The translations under genes were made by a program, and so were the position numbers. From Leucoraja erinacea (lineage: Eukaryota), in contig NC_073382.1 of the NCBI RefSeq assembly GCF_028641065.1, positions 81,282,001 to 81,346,000 on the forward strand: DNA of 64,000 bases. Reading direction: 5' to 3'. The notes beneath the pieces are model-generated. The model ran no database searches. It saw nothing but the letters and a program-made list of their open reading frames with translations, and was not told where the DNA came from. Shown here in pieces: positions 12,906 to 24,782 of the stretch. Position 1 is the first letter of the stretch, and every line of letters begins with the position of its first letter.

Positions 12906-13112
12906 GTAGATAAAAATGCTGGGGAAACTCAGCGGGTGAGGCAGCATCTATAGAGCGAAGGAATAGGTGATGATTCGGGTTGAGACGTCTGAAGAAGGGT
13001 CTCAACCCGAAACGTCACCTATTCCTTCGCTCCATAGATGCTGCCTCACCCACTGAGTTTCTCCAGCATTTTTATCAACCTTCGATTTTTCCAGCATCTG
13101 CAGTTCCTTCTT
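12906..13112. mobile_element. Palindromic Penelope-derived insertion
   Basis: ~80-bp inverted arms (12906-12986 and 12999-13080) around the hammerhead core. Confidence 0.7.
12989..13020 (+). ncRNA. Minimal type I hammerhead ribozyme motif (Penelope terminal repeat)
   Basis: CTGAAGA-A-GGGT(ctca)ACCC-GAAACGTC^ACCT: intact core, stem II and palindromic ACGT. Confidence 0.6.
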
Positions 13113-13256
13113 AATCAAGGGATATGTGGTACTGATTGTGGATGATCGGCGATGATCATATTGAATGGCGGTGCTGGCTCGAAGGGCCGAATGGCCTACT
13201 CCTGCACCCTATGTTCCATCACCATCCTATCTTCTCTTCTTCGTGCAGGGTTGAGT

Positions 13257-13457
13257 ATGGCGACTGACAGCCTCTCCAGTGCCTTCACTTTGTTTGAGAG
13301 CATCCAGCCTGGTCCCGTGTACCGCATCCCCTCTCTCCTCTACCTCAACAGCCACCAGGTCTTCCTGGCGTTTGCAGAGAAACGAACATCATCCTCCGAT
13401 GTGGACGCCAAGATTCTGGTTTTACGGAGAGGGAAGTTTCAAGATGGATCTGTGGAG
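13257..13457 (+). CDS. Sialidase (NEU3/NEU2-like) coding exon 1
   Basis: Acceptor TTCGTGCAG|13249, ATG 13257, YRIP motif, FLAFAEKR, LVLRRG. Phase-0 donor GAG|GTTGGT. Confidence 0.9.
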
Positions 13458-13766
13458 GTTGGTTTTGATTGATTGATTGATTGTCAGATACAGCACGGAA
13501 ACAGAGCCTTCGGCACACCGAATCTACGCCGACCATCGATCGCCCCGATCGCACTAGTTATATGTTATCCCACTTTCTCGTCCACATCCGAGATAGCGCC
13601 CAAACCAAGCGACTCTCAGTGTGCTGGTCAACATACAAGTCATGTTGTCACTTGCGGCCGGAGAACCAAGGCAAATTCCTTGTATGTGAATACTTGGCCA
13701 ATAAACTTCATATTCATTCATTCATTATAATCGCTCCACTCTTTAAAAACTTTACTTCAACAATAT

Positions 13767-14712
13767 AGAAACATAGAAAATAGGCGCAGGAGGAGGCCAT
13801 TTGGCCCTTCGAGCCAGCACCGCCATTCATAGAAACATAGAAAATAGGTGCAGGAGGAGGCCATTCAGCCCTTCGAGTCTGCACCGCCATTCATGTGATC
13901 ATGCCTGATCGTCCCCTATCAATAACCCGTGCCTGTCTTCTCCCCATATCCCTTGACTGCACTAGCCCCTAGAGCTCTATCTAACTCTCTCTTAAATCCA
14001 TCCAGTGATTTGGCCTCCACTGCCGTTCTGTGGCAGGGAATTCCATAAATTCACAACTCTCTGGGTGAAAACGGTTTTTCACACCTCAGTCTTAAATGAC
14101 CTCCCCTTTATTCGAAGACTGTGGCCCCTGGTTCTGGACTCGCCCAACATTGGGAACATTTTTCCTGCGTCTAGCTTGTCCAGTCGTTTTATAATTTTAT
14201 ATGTTTCTATAAGATTTCCCCTCATCCTTCTAAACTCCAGTGAATACAAGCCTAGCCTTTTCAATCTTTCCTCATATGACAGTCCCACCATCCCAGGGAT
14301 CAATCTCGTGAACTTACGCTGCACTGCCTCAAAACTGTACACAATACTCCAGATGTGGTCTCACCGGAGCCCTATACAACTGCAGAAGAACCTCTTTACT
14401 CCTATACTGAAATCCTCTTGTTATGAAGGCCAACATTCCATTAGCTTTCTTCACTGCCTGCTGTACCTGCACGCCAACTTTCAGTGACCGGCTGTACAAG
14501 GACACCCAGGGCACACTGCACCTCGCCCTTACCTAACCTAACCCCAAACTCTTTGAATAATCTGCCCCCTTGTTTTTGCCACCAAAGTGGATAACCTCCA
14601 CATTTATCTATATTATACTGCATCTGCCACGCATCTGCCCACTCACTCAACCTTTCCAGGTCACCCTGCAACCTCCTAACATCCTCTGCACAGTTCACAC
14701 TGCCACCCAGCA
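13767..14712 (-). mobile_element. CR1 LINE fragment with duplicated 3' tail
   Basis: KKANGMLAFI..RPHLEYCVQF..; the tail occurs twice (13767 and 13830). Confidence 0.9.
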
Positions 14713-15941
14713 ATGTGTGTTTTCATGGCTGATCATCTAAAATCGGTAATGTTTTAGATGTTTTCTGTTTAGTCATTCGTAACTTCTTTCGCCCTAGAGC
14801 TAAATTTTACTCTCTCTTGTTACACCATATGGCAAAGACAATAGTAGGCCATTCGGCCCTTCGAGCAATAAACTTATTTTCTTGAGATAATGGCTGATCA
14901 TCCCCAATCAGTACCCGTTCCCTGCTTCCTGCCACCAAAGTGGATAACCTCACATTTATCTTTAAGTGCCCTATATCTAGCTCCCTCTGGAAAGTATCCA
15001 GAGAACTGGACTCCACCACCCTCTGTACATTGAAAATGATCACCAATGCATCCACGATTTCTCTACTGATTTATCTGCCTTCAGTCCCAACAGTTTACCT
15101 GACACAATTTCCTGACTAATGTGAATTCCCTTCAGTTCCTCCCTCCCACTAGATCCTCGGTCCCCTGGTATTTCTGGGAGATTGTTTGTGTCTTCCTTAG
15201 TGAAGACAGAACCAAAGCACTTGTCCTGCCATTTCCTTGTTTCCCATTATAAATTCACCTCTCTCTGATTGTAAGGGACCTAGATTTGTCTTCACTAGTC
15301 ATTTCCTTTAAACATATGGAAAGAAGCTTTTACAGTCAGTTTTTATATTCCCAGCAATCTTTCTTTCGTGACTAAACGTTATTCCTGTACATTGTAAATG
15401 GCTCGATTGTAATCACGTATTAGACAATAGGTGCAGTAGGCCATTCGGCCCTTCGAGCCATTCAATGTGATCATGGCTGATCATCCCCAATCAGTACCCC
15501 GTTCCTGCCTTCTCCCCATATCCCCTGACTCTGCTATCTTTAAGAGCCCTATCTAGCTCTCTCTTCAAAGTATCCAGAGAACCGGCCTCCACCGCCATCT
15601 GAGGCAGAGAATTCCACAGACTCACAACTCTCTGTGAGGAAAAAGTGTTTCCTCGTCTCCGTACATGTGACACTGTACCTGGGTACACGTGACAATAAAC
15701 GAAACTGAATCGATGGTCTGAGCTGCATGTACTTATAGGTACATGTGACTATAAAAAGTAATTGAATGAATCATTGTGGCCTCTGTTCTCCACGCTGTAT
15801 TGTGGCAGCGGAGAAGACAGGAGAATGGGGTTAGGAGGGAGAGATAGATCAGCCATGATTGAATGGCGGAGTAGACTTGATGGGCCGAATGGCCTAATGC
15901 TGTGCTCCTATTATTTCTGACCTGTTGTTTCCCATTCACAG

Positions 15942-16919
15942 TGGGACGAGTCAGTGGAGCTGAGTACTGCTGTGAAGAGCGGTTACCGTTCGATGAATCC
16001 TTGCCCTGTGTACGAGCGGATGAAGCAAGTGGTCTACCTCTTCTTTAACTGCGTGGAGGAGGGGGTGAACGAGTGCAGCCAGGTGCTGTGGGGCAGGAAC
16101 GCGGCCAGGCTGTGCTACGTGACGAGCCAGGACGCGGGGCTCACCTGGGGCCAGGTGACCGACCTGACGGAGAGTGTGATCGGCGAGGAGGTGCGGCATT
16201 GGGGCACCTTCTCCGTCAGCCCCGGCCACGGCATCCAGCGGGTGTGCGGCACGCTGATAGTGCCAGCCTACGCCTACATCATCCGCAATCGGTGCTGCCT
16301 GATACCGCCCGGCTTCTTCACCAAACCCCGCACCTTTTACCTGTACAGCGAGGACGGAGGTGAGCGCTGGAGTGTGGGCGAGCCAGTATCGCGGTGCGGG
16401 ACCGGGGAGAGCGAGATGGCGGAGATCACCGTGTCGTACGGTAACCGGGTGCTGTACTGTAACGCTCGGACCGTCGGCAGGCCCCTGTCGTGCCGCCGCC
16501 CGTCGCGAGTGGAAGCGGTCAGTTTGGAGCCCGGGCGATTCGAGATCGTTCACTCGGCCCGGCAGCTGCCCGAGAGCGACAGCGGCTGCCAGGGCAGTGT
16601 GCTCAGCTTCAGCTGCCCCGCCAGCGACCGGCTCTCCTGGCTCCTGTACGCCCACCCCGTCGGCAGCGGCAAGGACCGGTGGTGGAGACACTGCCGTAAC
16701 CGCACCAACCTGGCCTTTTACCTGAACCGCAGGCCCCTGGAGCAGCGCCACTGGGAGGGGCCCTGGGTAGTCCAGCCGGGGCCCAGCGGCTACTCAGACC
16801 TGGCCTACCTGGACCAGGCATCAACCTTCGCCTGCCTGCATGAGTGCGGTGATCGGCAACCCAACGAGAGGATCGACTTCCGTCTCTTCAGCATCGACGA
16901 CGTGCTGAGGAACATCTAG
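15942..16919 (+). CDS. Sialidase (NEU3/NEU2-like) coding exon 2; spliced protein 392 aa
   Basis: Acceptor CCCATTCACAG|TGG, in frame with exon 1. RSMNPCPVY, Asp boxes SQDAGLTW and SEDGGERW, PGHGIQ, YCNAR, GCQGS, catalytic SGYSDL and HECG. Stop TAG at 16917-16919. Confidence 0.92.
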   Translation, partial: WDESVELSTAVKSGYRSMNPCPVYERMKQVVYLFFNCVEEGVNECSQVLWGRNAARLCYVTSQDAGLTWGQVTDLTESVIGEEVRHWGTFSVSPGHGIQRVCGTLIVPAYAYIIRNRCCLIPPGFFTKPRTFYLYSEDGGERWSVGEPVSRCGTGESEMAEITVSYGNRVLYCNARTVGRPLSCRRPSRVEAVSLEPGRFEIVHSARQLPESDSGCQGSVLSFSCPASDRLSWLLYAHPVGSGKDRWWRHCRNRTNLAFYLNRRPLEQRHWEGPWVVQPGPSGYSDLAYLDQASTFACLHECGDRQPNERIDFRLFSIDDVLRNI

Positions 16920-16949
16920 CAGCGAGGCCGAGGGGTGGCAACATCATTG

Positions 16950-17332
16950 AAACATAGACAATAGGTGCAGGAGGAAGCCATCAAGGCAGCACCGCCATTC
17001 AATGTGATCATGACTGATCATCCCCAATCAATACCCCGTTCCTGCCTTCTTCCCATATCCCTTGATTCCGTTAGTCCCAAGTGCTAAATATAACTCTCTC
17101 TTGAAAACATGCAGAGAATTGGCCTCCACTGCCTTCTGTGGCATGGAATTCCACAGATTCACAACTCTCTGGGTGAAAAAGCTTTTCCTCATCTCAGTCC
17201 TAAATGGCCAACCCCTTATTCTGAAACTGTGACCCCTGGTTCTGGACTCCCCCAATATCGGGAACATATTTCCTGCATCTAGCCTGTCCATTCACTTAAG
17301 AATTTTATATGTTTCTATAAGATCCTCTCTCA
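16950..17332 (-). mobile_element. CR1 LINE 3' fragment just downstream of the sialidase stop
   Basis: ORF2 C-terminus; an oppositely oriented copy lies at 17588-18092. Confidence 0.85.
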
Positions 17333-17587
17333 ACGACTTCTCTTCTTTGAGGGTGCTGACACTGTGGAGTTTGCACGTTCTCCCTATAATGCGGTTGATT
17401 CCCCCCCTGTGCGCATACACCCCACCCCCCCCAACCACTCACTATTTAGTTTAGTTTAGAGATACAGAGCGGAAACAGACCCTTCAGCCCACCGAGTCCA
17501 CGACGACCTGTGATCCCCTGCATAGTAACACCAACCTACACAACAACAATCTTTACCAGAGACAATTAACCTACAAACCTGTATGTC

Positions 17588-18092
17588 TTGCTATTGAGGG
17601 AGTGCAGCGTAGGTTCACCAGGTTAATTCCCAGGATGGCGAGACTGACGTATGATGATATGATATGGCTGGGCTTATATTCATTGGAATTTAGAAGGATG
17701 AGAGGAGATCTTATGGAAATATAAAATTTTTAAGGGATTGGACAGGCTAGATGCAGGAAACATGTCCCGCCTCCCGATGTTGAGGGAGTCCAGAACCAGG
17801 GGTCACAGTTTAAGAATTAGGGGTCGGCCATTTAGGACTGAGTTGAGAAAAAACATTTTCACCCAGAGAGTTGTGAATCTGTGGAATTCTCTGCCACAGA
17901 ATGCAGTGGAGGCCAATTCACTGGATGTATTCATGAGAGTTAGATTTAGCTCTTAGGGCTAAAGGAATCAAAGGATATGGGGGAAAAAGCTGGAACGGGG
18001 TACTGATTTTGGATCAGCCATGATCATATTGAATGGCGGTGCTGGCTCGAAGGGTCAAATAGCCTACTCCTGCACTTACTTTCTCTGTTTCT
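17588..18092 (+). mobile_element. CR1 LINE 3' fragment
   Basis: ORF2 C-terminus and 3' UTR. Confidence 0.85.
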
Positions 18093-19834
18093 GTGTGTTT
18101 GGAGTGTGGGAGGAAACCGGAGCACCCGGAGAAAACCCACTTAGATCACGGGGAGAACGTACAAACTCCGGACAGGCAGCATCCGGAGGCAGCAGCTCTA
18201 CCAACTGCACCACCGTGCCGCCCTAGTGACTACGGTCACTCCTGCAGCTGGAAATTACCCCTGCTAACGAGCATACATGTAGCATGCCTGCACGTGTAAC
18301 ACGTATATACACGCATGCCACACACCCACCACGCATGATGCAGTCCCGTATACACACCCCCTTTCCCCACACAGATTAACTTTTAATTTCATAACCTGTA
18401 GACAATTCCAATTTTCAGTTTAGTTTATTGCCACGTGTACCGTGGTACAGTGAAAAGCTTTTGTTGCGTGCTAACCAGTCAGCGGAAAGACAATACACGA
18501 TTACAATCGAGCCGTCCACAGTCTACAGGTAATAACATTTAGTGCCAGGTAAAGCCAGATCAAAGATAGTCCGAGGGTCACCAATGAGGTAGATAGTAGT
18601 TCAGGACTGCTCTCTAGTTGTGGTGGGATGGTTCAGTTGCCACAGACGGCTGTGGAGGCCAAGTCAGTGGATATTTTTAAGGTGGAGATAGATAGATTCT
18701 TGATTGGTGCGGGTGTCAGGGGTTATGGGGAGAAGGCAGGAGAATGGGGTTAGGAGGGAGAGATAAATCTGCCATGATTGAATGGTGGAGTAGACTTGAT
18801 GGGCCGAATGGCCGAATTCTGGTCCTGTGGCCGATGAAGTTAGGACCTTCACTGTGAACGGCAGGCCTCTGGGGAGTGTTGTACAGCAGAGGGATCTAGA
18901 AATGCAGGGACTTAGTTCCTTGAAAGTGGCATGGCAGGAAGAGAGGGGTTTGGGTATCTTTGGCCTTCATCAGTGAGGATGTTGACTGGAGGAGTTGGGA
19001 TGTTATTACACGATTGTACAAATGATGGTGAGACTGCTGTTGTTTTACTATAGTAGTTTTTATAACTATCTACAATAGTTTATTTACAGGTACAAAGTGG
19101 CAGAGAAAATGCCGCTCTCAGGAGATAGGTATCTTAAATAAGGAATATACATGACAGTATCAAAGCAAAACCTTCTAACTTTCATCCAGGAAGCACTCAA
19201 GCCGTACGGGTGTCTGGGGTTATGGGGAGAAGGCAGGAGAATGGGGTTAGGAGGGAGAGATAGATCAGCCATGATTGAATGGCGGAGTAGACTTGATGGG
19301 CCGAATGGCCTAATTTTGCTCCCATTACTAATGACCTTAAGCCCCTGTGGTGCCCAGTGGGGCAGGGGGAGGTGGAAGTCAGCTGTAGGCCCCATGTTCT
19401 CTCACACTGCCAAGCCAGCTAGTATTTGCGTCGTTCTCAGGGAGACTCCATCACTGGATCATCCCTGAAGCTGCTTCACGGTTATCACAGACCAGTTTAC
19501 ATTGCCAGAGACATTATTCCATGCACTCCAGTATAAATAAATATCAACTATTTATCAATGAAACCGTTTGCTTGACATCTTCTCACGCGGAGTTAAGACA
19601 GAAAAAGCCGGAGTAACTCAGCGGGACAGGCGGCATCTCTGGAGAGAAGGAATGGGTGACGTTTCAGGTCGAGATCCTTCATCAGATTGCTGACCCGAAA
19701 TGTCACCCATTCCTTTTCTCCAGAGATGCTGTCTGACCCGTGGAGTTACACCAGTTTTTTGTGTCTATCTTCGGTTTTAACCAGTTTATTTGTGTCTATC
19801 TTCAGTTAAACCAGCATCTGCAGTTCCTTCTGTG

Positions 19835-20712
19835 GCCAGGTTCAGCTTCAACTCTATCATCAAGTTTGCTGATGACACTGTGGTGGTGGGCCTGATCTCA
19901 GATAACGATGAGAAGGCCTACCGGGAGGAGGTGGCTGATCTAGCACTCTGGTGTCAGGACAACAGCCTCCTCTTTAATATCATAAAACTAAGGAGCTGAT
20001 TGTGGACTTTAGAAGGGCACAACATCCGAGGACGTACACACCACTGGAGATAAATGGGGATACTGTGGACAGGGTGAGCTTTAAATATCTGAGAGTCCAC
20101 ATCACAGAGGATCTGACATGGACAACACACACTGCCGCACTGGTGAGTAAGGCAAGGCAGCGCCTTTACCACCTCAGGCAGCTGAGGAAATTCAGTCTCT
20201 CTGAGGATCCTTCAATCCTTCTACTCTGGGGCTGTAGAAAGCATCTTGTCCGGCAACATCACAATCTGGTTGGGGAACAGCTCTGCCCAGGACAGGAAGG
20301 CTCTGCAGAGAGTAGTGCGTTCAGCCGAACGCACCATGGGAACTACACTCACCCCCCTGCAGGACCTATACACCAGGAGGTGCAGATCCAGAGCCAGCAA
20401 CATTATGGGGGACCCCTACCCCCCCAGCAACGGACTGTTCCAGCTGCTTCGGTCAGGCAAACGCCTCCACTGTCACGCTGTGAGAACAGAGAGGATGAGA
20501 CGGAGTTTCTTCCCACAGGCCATCAGGACTGTAAACTCTGATCTCACCAGGGACTAATTTACTGTTGTGTTGTGTCTTTTTTAAATTGCTGGGGTTTTTT
20601 TCTAAAATGTAAATACTGATTCTGTTCATTGTTTTGCACAATCCCGCAGGCATTGCCACTTTCATTTCACTGCACATCTTGTATGGGTATGTGACAAATA
20701 AACTTGACTTGA
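19835..20712 (+). mobile_element. Rex1/Babar LINE 3' fragment
   Basis: IIKFADDTVVVGLIS..WCQDNSL..KARQRLYHLRQLRK..RRSFFPQAIR, tail AATAAA(CTTGA)n; frameshifted. Relatives at 7396-7625, 38775-38945, 49360-49780 and 56895-57215. Confidence 0.85.
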
Positions 20713-21346
20713 GGTCCTCCAAATTTCACCCAGCGTTTAGTTTAGATTAGAGATACAGCGCGGAAACAGGCGCTTCAGCCCAGCGAGTCCGCATCGACCA
20801 GCGATCCCCGCACATTAACATCACACACTAGGGATAACTTTACAAATTTACATTTATACAAGTTTACCAAGCCAATTAACCTACAAAGGTGTAAGTGTTT
20901 GGAGAGTTCTGCAGCAGGCACAATAACGTTCACAAGACACCTGGATGTGGAGACGGGGTATGGGTCAAACTATCGTGAATGGGGCACCTTAGGTCAGCAG
21001 AGATGAGTTGGGCCGAAGGGTCTGTTTCCATGCTGTATGAGAGTGAATCACATCTCAATGGCCCTCAGGTGGTGTGGCCAGGCCAGGTCGCTCCTGTCCT
21101 ATAGGACGGACAGGTTTCGAGGGATATGGGCCAAATGCAGACAGGTGGGACGAGTGTAGATGGGGCAAGTTGGGTCGAACGGCCTGTTTCCGTGCTGAGT
21201 GACTCTACGATTGCAGATGGTCCCACGGACCTGCGACCCGCAATGACCCCCTGCCGTCGGGGTCAGAACCTTGTGACCCCTGCCTGGGGTCACGACCCTC
21301 CCAATTGCCTGGGCTCACGCCCCACGACCCCCCCCTCTGCCTAGGG

Positions 21347-21570
21347 TCACGCCCCACGACCCCCTGCCCACCCCCACAGGTGGAGGGAGCCGTCGGTGGC
21401 GGCGGAGAGCAGCGCCCGCTGATGCCCAGGGACCCAGGTGTGGGCGGTGACCAGCGGCTGCTCTGACCCGGTCCCCAGCCCGTGGCCCCGGTGGACGATC
21501 ACCGGCTCGGCCCGCACCGGGCTCTCAGACCAGCGGGCGGCGTTGTACACCCGCACTGAACCGTCAAACC
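21347..21570 (-). CDS. WDR73: WDR73 exon 8 (terminal)
   Basis: GFDGSVRVY...HRGH...PLVTAHTW...LLSAATDGSLHLWGW then stop; matches the WDR73 C-terminus. Confidence 0.9.
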
Positions 21571-21624
21571 CTGGGGGGGGGGGAGAGAGAGAGAGGAGGT
21601 CAAACGCACACACGAGTGTCATCT

Positions 21625-22291
21625 AGCACCCAACTCCCCACCCATCCAACCCAACTCCCCACCCCAGCACCCAACTCCCCAGCACCCAACTCCCCACCCC
21701 AGCACCCAACCCCCCCCCCCCCCCACAGCACCCAACTCCCCACCCCCCCCAACCCCCACCCACCCCCCCCCCCCCCACCCCCACACCCCACCCCCAACCC
21801 CCACCCCAGCACCCAACCCCCCACCCAGCTCCCCACCCCCCCACCCAACCCCCCACCCCAGCACCCAACCCCCCACCCCAGCACCCAACCCCCCCACCCC
21901 AGCACCCAACCCCCCACCCAACTCCCCACCCCAGCACCCAACTCCCCACCCCAGCACCCAACTCCCCCACCCCAGCACCCAACCCCCCACCCCAGCACCC
22001 ACCCCCCCCCAACCCCCCACCCAACCTCCCCACCCCCAGCACCCAACCCCCCACCCCAGCACCCAACTCCCCACCCCAGCACCCAACTCCCCACCCCAGC
22101 ACCCAACCCCCCACCAACCCCCCACCCAGCACCCAACTCCCCACCCCAGCACCCCAACTCCCCACCCCCAGCACCCAACTCCCCACCCCAGCACCCAACC
22201 CCCCACCCCAGCACCCACCCCCCCACCCAACCCCCCACCCACCCCCCCAGCACCCAACCCCCCACCCCAGCACCCAACTCCACCCCAGCAC
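21625..22291. repeat. C-rich minisatellite (~20-bp unit CACCCCAGCACCCAACTCCC)
   Basis: Directly visible tandem array in the last WDR73 intron. Confidence 0.95.
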
Positions 22292-23460
22292 CGCCATTCA
22301 TTGTGATCATGGCTGATCGTCCCCAATCAATAACCCGTGCCTGCCTTCTCCCCATATCTCTTGATTCCGCTAGCCCCTAGAGCTCTATCTAACTCACTAA
22401 ATTCATCCAGTGAATTGGCCTCCACTGCCCTCTGTGGCAGAGAATTCCACAAATTCACAACTCTCTGGGTGACATTTTTTTTCTCATCTCAGTTTTAAAC
22501 GGCCTCCCCTTTATTCTAAAACTGGCCCCTGGTTCTTGACTCCCTCAACATTGGGAACATTTTCCCTGCATCTAGCCTGTCCAGTCCTTTTATCATTTTA
22601 TATGCTTCTACAAGATCGCCCCTCATCCTTCTAAATTTCAATGAATACAAGCCCAGTCTTTCCATTCTTTCCTCATATGCCAGTCCCACCATCCCAGGGA
22701 TCAATCTCGTGAACCTACGCAGCACTCCCTCAATAGCAAGGATGTCCTTCCTCAAATTAGGAGACCAAAACTGCACACAATACTCCAGATGTGGTCTCAC
22801 CAGGACCCTGTACATCTGCAGAAGGACCTCTTTACTCCTATACTCAAATCCTCTTGTTATGAAGGCCAACTTGCCATTAGCTTTCTTCACTGCCTGCTGT
22901 ACCTGCATGTTTACTTTCAGTGGCTGGTGTACAAGGACAACCAGGTCTCGTTGCACTTCCATTTTTCCTAATCTGACACCATTCAGATAATAATCTGCTT
23001 CCTTGTTCTTGCCACCAAAGTGGATAACCTCACATCTACATTATACTGCATCGGCCATGCATCTGCCCACTCACCCAACCTGTCCAAGTCACCCTGCAAT
23101 CCCCTAGCATCCTCTTCGCAGTTCACACTGTCACCCATCTTTGTGTCGTCTGCAAATTTGTCAGTGTTACTTTAATTCCATCATCTAAATCATTAATATA
23201 TATTGTAAATAGTTGCGGCCCCAGCACCGAGTCTTGCGGCACTCCACTCGCCACTGCCTGCAATTCTGACAGGGATCCGTTTATTCCTACTCTTTGTTTC
23301 CTGTCTGCCAATCAATTCTCTCTCCATGTCAACACCCTACCCCCAATACAATGTGCTCTGATTGTGCCCACTGATCTCCTGTGCGGGACCTTATCAAAGG
23401 CTTTCTGAAAGTCCAGATACACTACATCCACTGGCTCTCCTTCATCCAATTTACTTGCCA
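22292..23460 (-). mobile_element. CR1 LINE fragment including part of the RT domain
   Basis: [41 protein letters not shown]; frameshifted. Confidence 0.9.
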
Positions 23461-23875
23461 CAACCGAAGATCTGAGAGAAAACTCACGCAGGTCACGGGG
23501 AGCACGCACAAACTCCGCATAGACAGCACCCGTGGTCAATATCTCTGGCGCTGTGAGGCAGCAACTCTACCCGCTGCGCCACCGTGGCGCCCTTAATTCC
23601 ATTGATCCTGGAATTCTTTGCCACAGAAGGCTGTGGAGGCCAAGCAATCAATATTTTTAAGGCAGAGTTCGATAGATTCTTGATTTGTACGGGTGTCAGG
23701 GGTTATGGGGAGAAGGCAGGAGAATGGGATTAGGAGGGAGAGATAGATCAACCATGATTGAATGGGTGAGTAGACTCGATGGGGCCGAATGGCCTAATTC
23801 TACTATGCCTTATGACCAGCTCAGTATTTTGCCGCAGTTTCTGACTTCCCGCATGCCCGCCCGCAGCCCGCGTAC

Positions 23876-24223
23876 CTGAGACAGCCAGGTGGTGGCGCAG
23901 GTGAGGTGCCCAGGTGAGGCAGAGGTGGTCAGTGTTGTCCGGTGTCTGGGTAATGTCCATCTGTGCCCGTGCCAGGGCGGTACTGAGATCCCGGCGGTCA
24001 GTCAGCACCAGCTGCCCGCTGGACGAGAGCCTGGCCACCGCCGTGCCGCCGGGCTCCAGCGCCATGGTCCAGTGGCCAGCGCCCGCGGCCGGGCTGGGGG
24101 GACTGGTCAGTGCCGGGCACTGCCGGGTATCGCCGATGCCCAGCCGCCCGCTCTCCGTACACAACAGGAAGGTGCAGCTGTCCAGTAACGCCAGCCCGCT
24201 GACCGATTCACCGGCGTCCAGCC
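23876..24223 (-). CDS. WDR73: WDR73 exon 7
   Basis: LLDSCTFLLCTESGRLGIGDTRQ...LTDRRDL...LTWAPHLRHHLAVSG; AG/GT borders, 348 nt. Confidence 0.9.
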
Positions 24224-24504
24224 CTGCGGGAGCGGCAGCACCCAGTTAGATGGCAGTGCCAGCGGCCAGAGGTACTGACCCTCTTCTTGCGAACTCCCCC
24301 ACTCCCAGCCCGCTGACCCCTTCCCCATCATCAAGCCCCATGGGAGGGGCAGCGGCCAGAGACACTGACCCCCTCCTCCAGAACTCCAAACCCCCTCCCG
24401 ACCATCACACTCCCAGCCTGCTGACCCCTCCTCATCACCTGGCCATGCAGGAGGGGTAGAGTCCATTAGACGGCAACACCAGCGGCCAGAGATGCTGACA
24501 CATC

Positions 24505-24782
24505 CAGTTTTTATTTTTAACCAAAAATAATTGTAATCAATTATTCACAAAAATGATATGTCCGATACAAAACAGACCCACGTCTGTAAAACAAATATTC
24601 CTAAATTCTGAATATGAAACAACTATTTCCCCATCCTTATCGAGGATGACTCAGCAGTCCCGGAAATCCCCAGGGTGCCCGTAGACAGCGCCTAGTCCCT
24701 CTCTAAACCCACCAGGGCACGGACATAACCCCAGAAAAGGGGCCCTCTTCCGCCTGGCATCGTGACTCGCGGATGGCCAGCT
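24505..24782 (-). mobile_element. Tx1/L1-like LINE 3' end
   Basis: Minus strand reads LAIRESR..FWGYVRALVGLERD, followed by an AT-rich 3' UTR with AATAAA. Confidence 0.5.

Noticed and set aside
15951-16751. 266-aa antisense ORF
   Set aside because: It is a shadow of the GC3-rich sialidase exon.
21600-22380. Four 224-254 aa Pro-rich or Gly/Trp-rich ORFs
   Set aside because: They are translations of a stop-free minisatellite.
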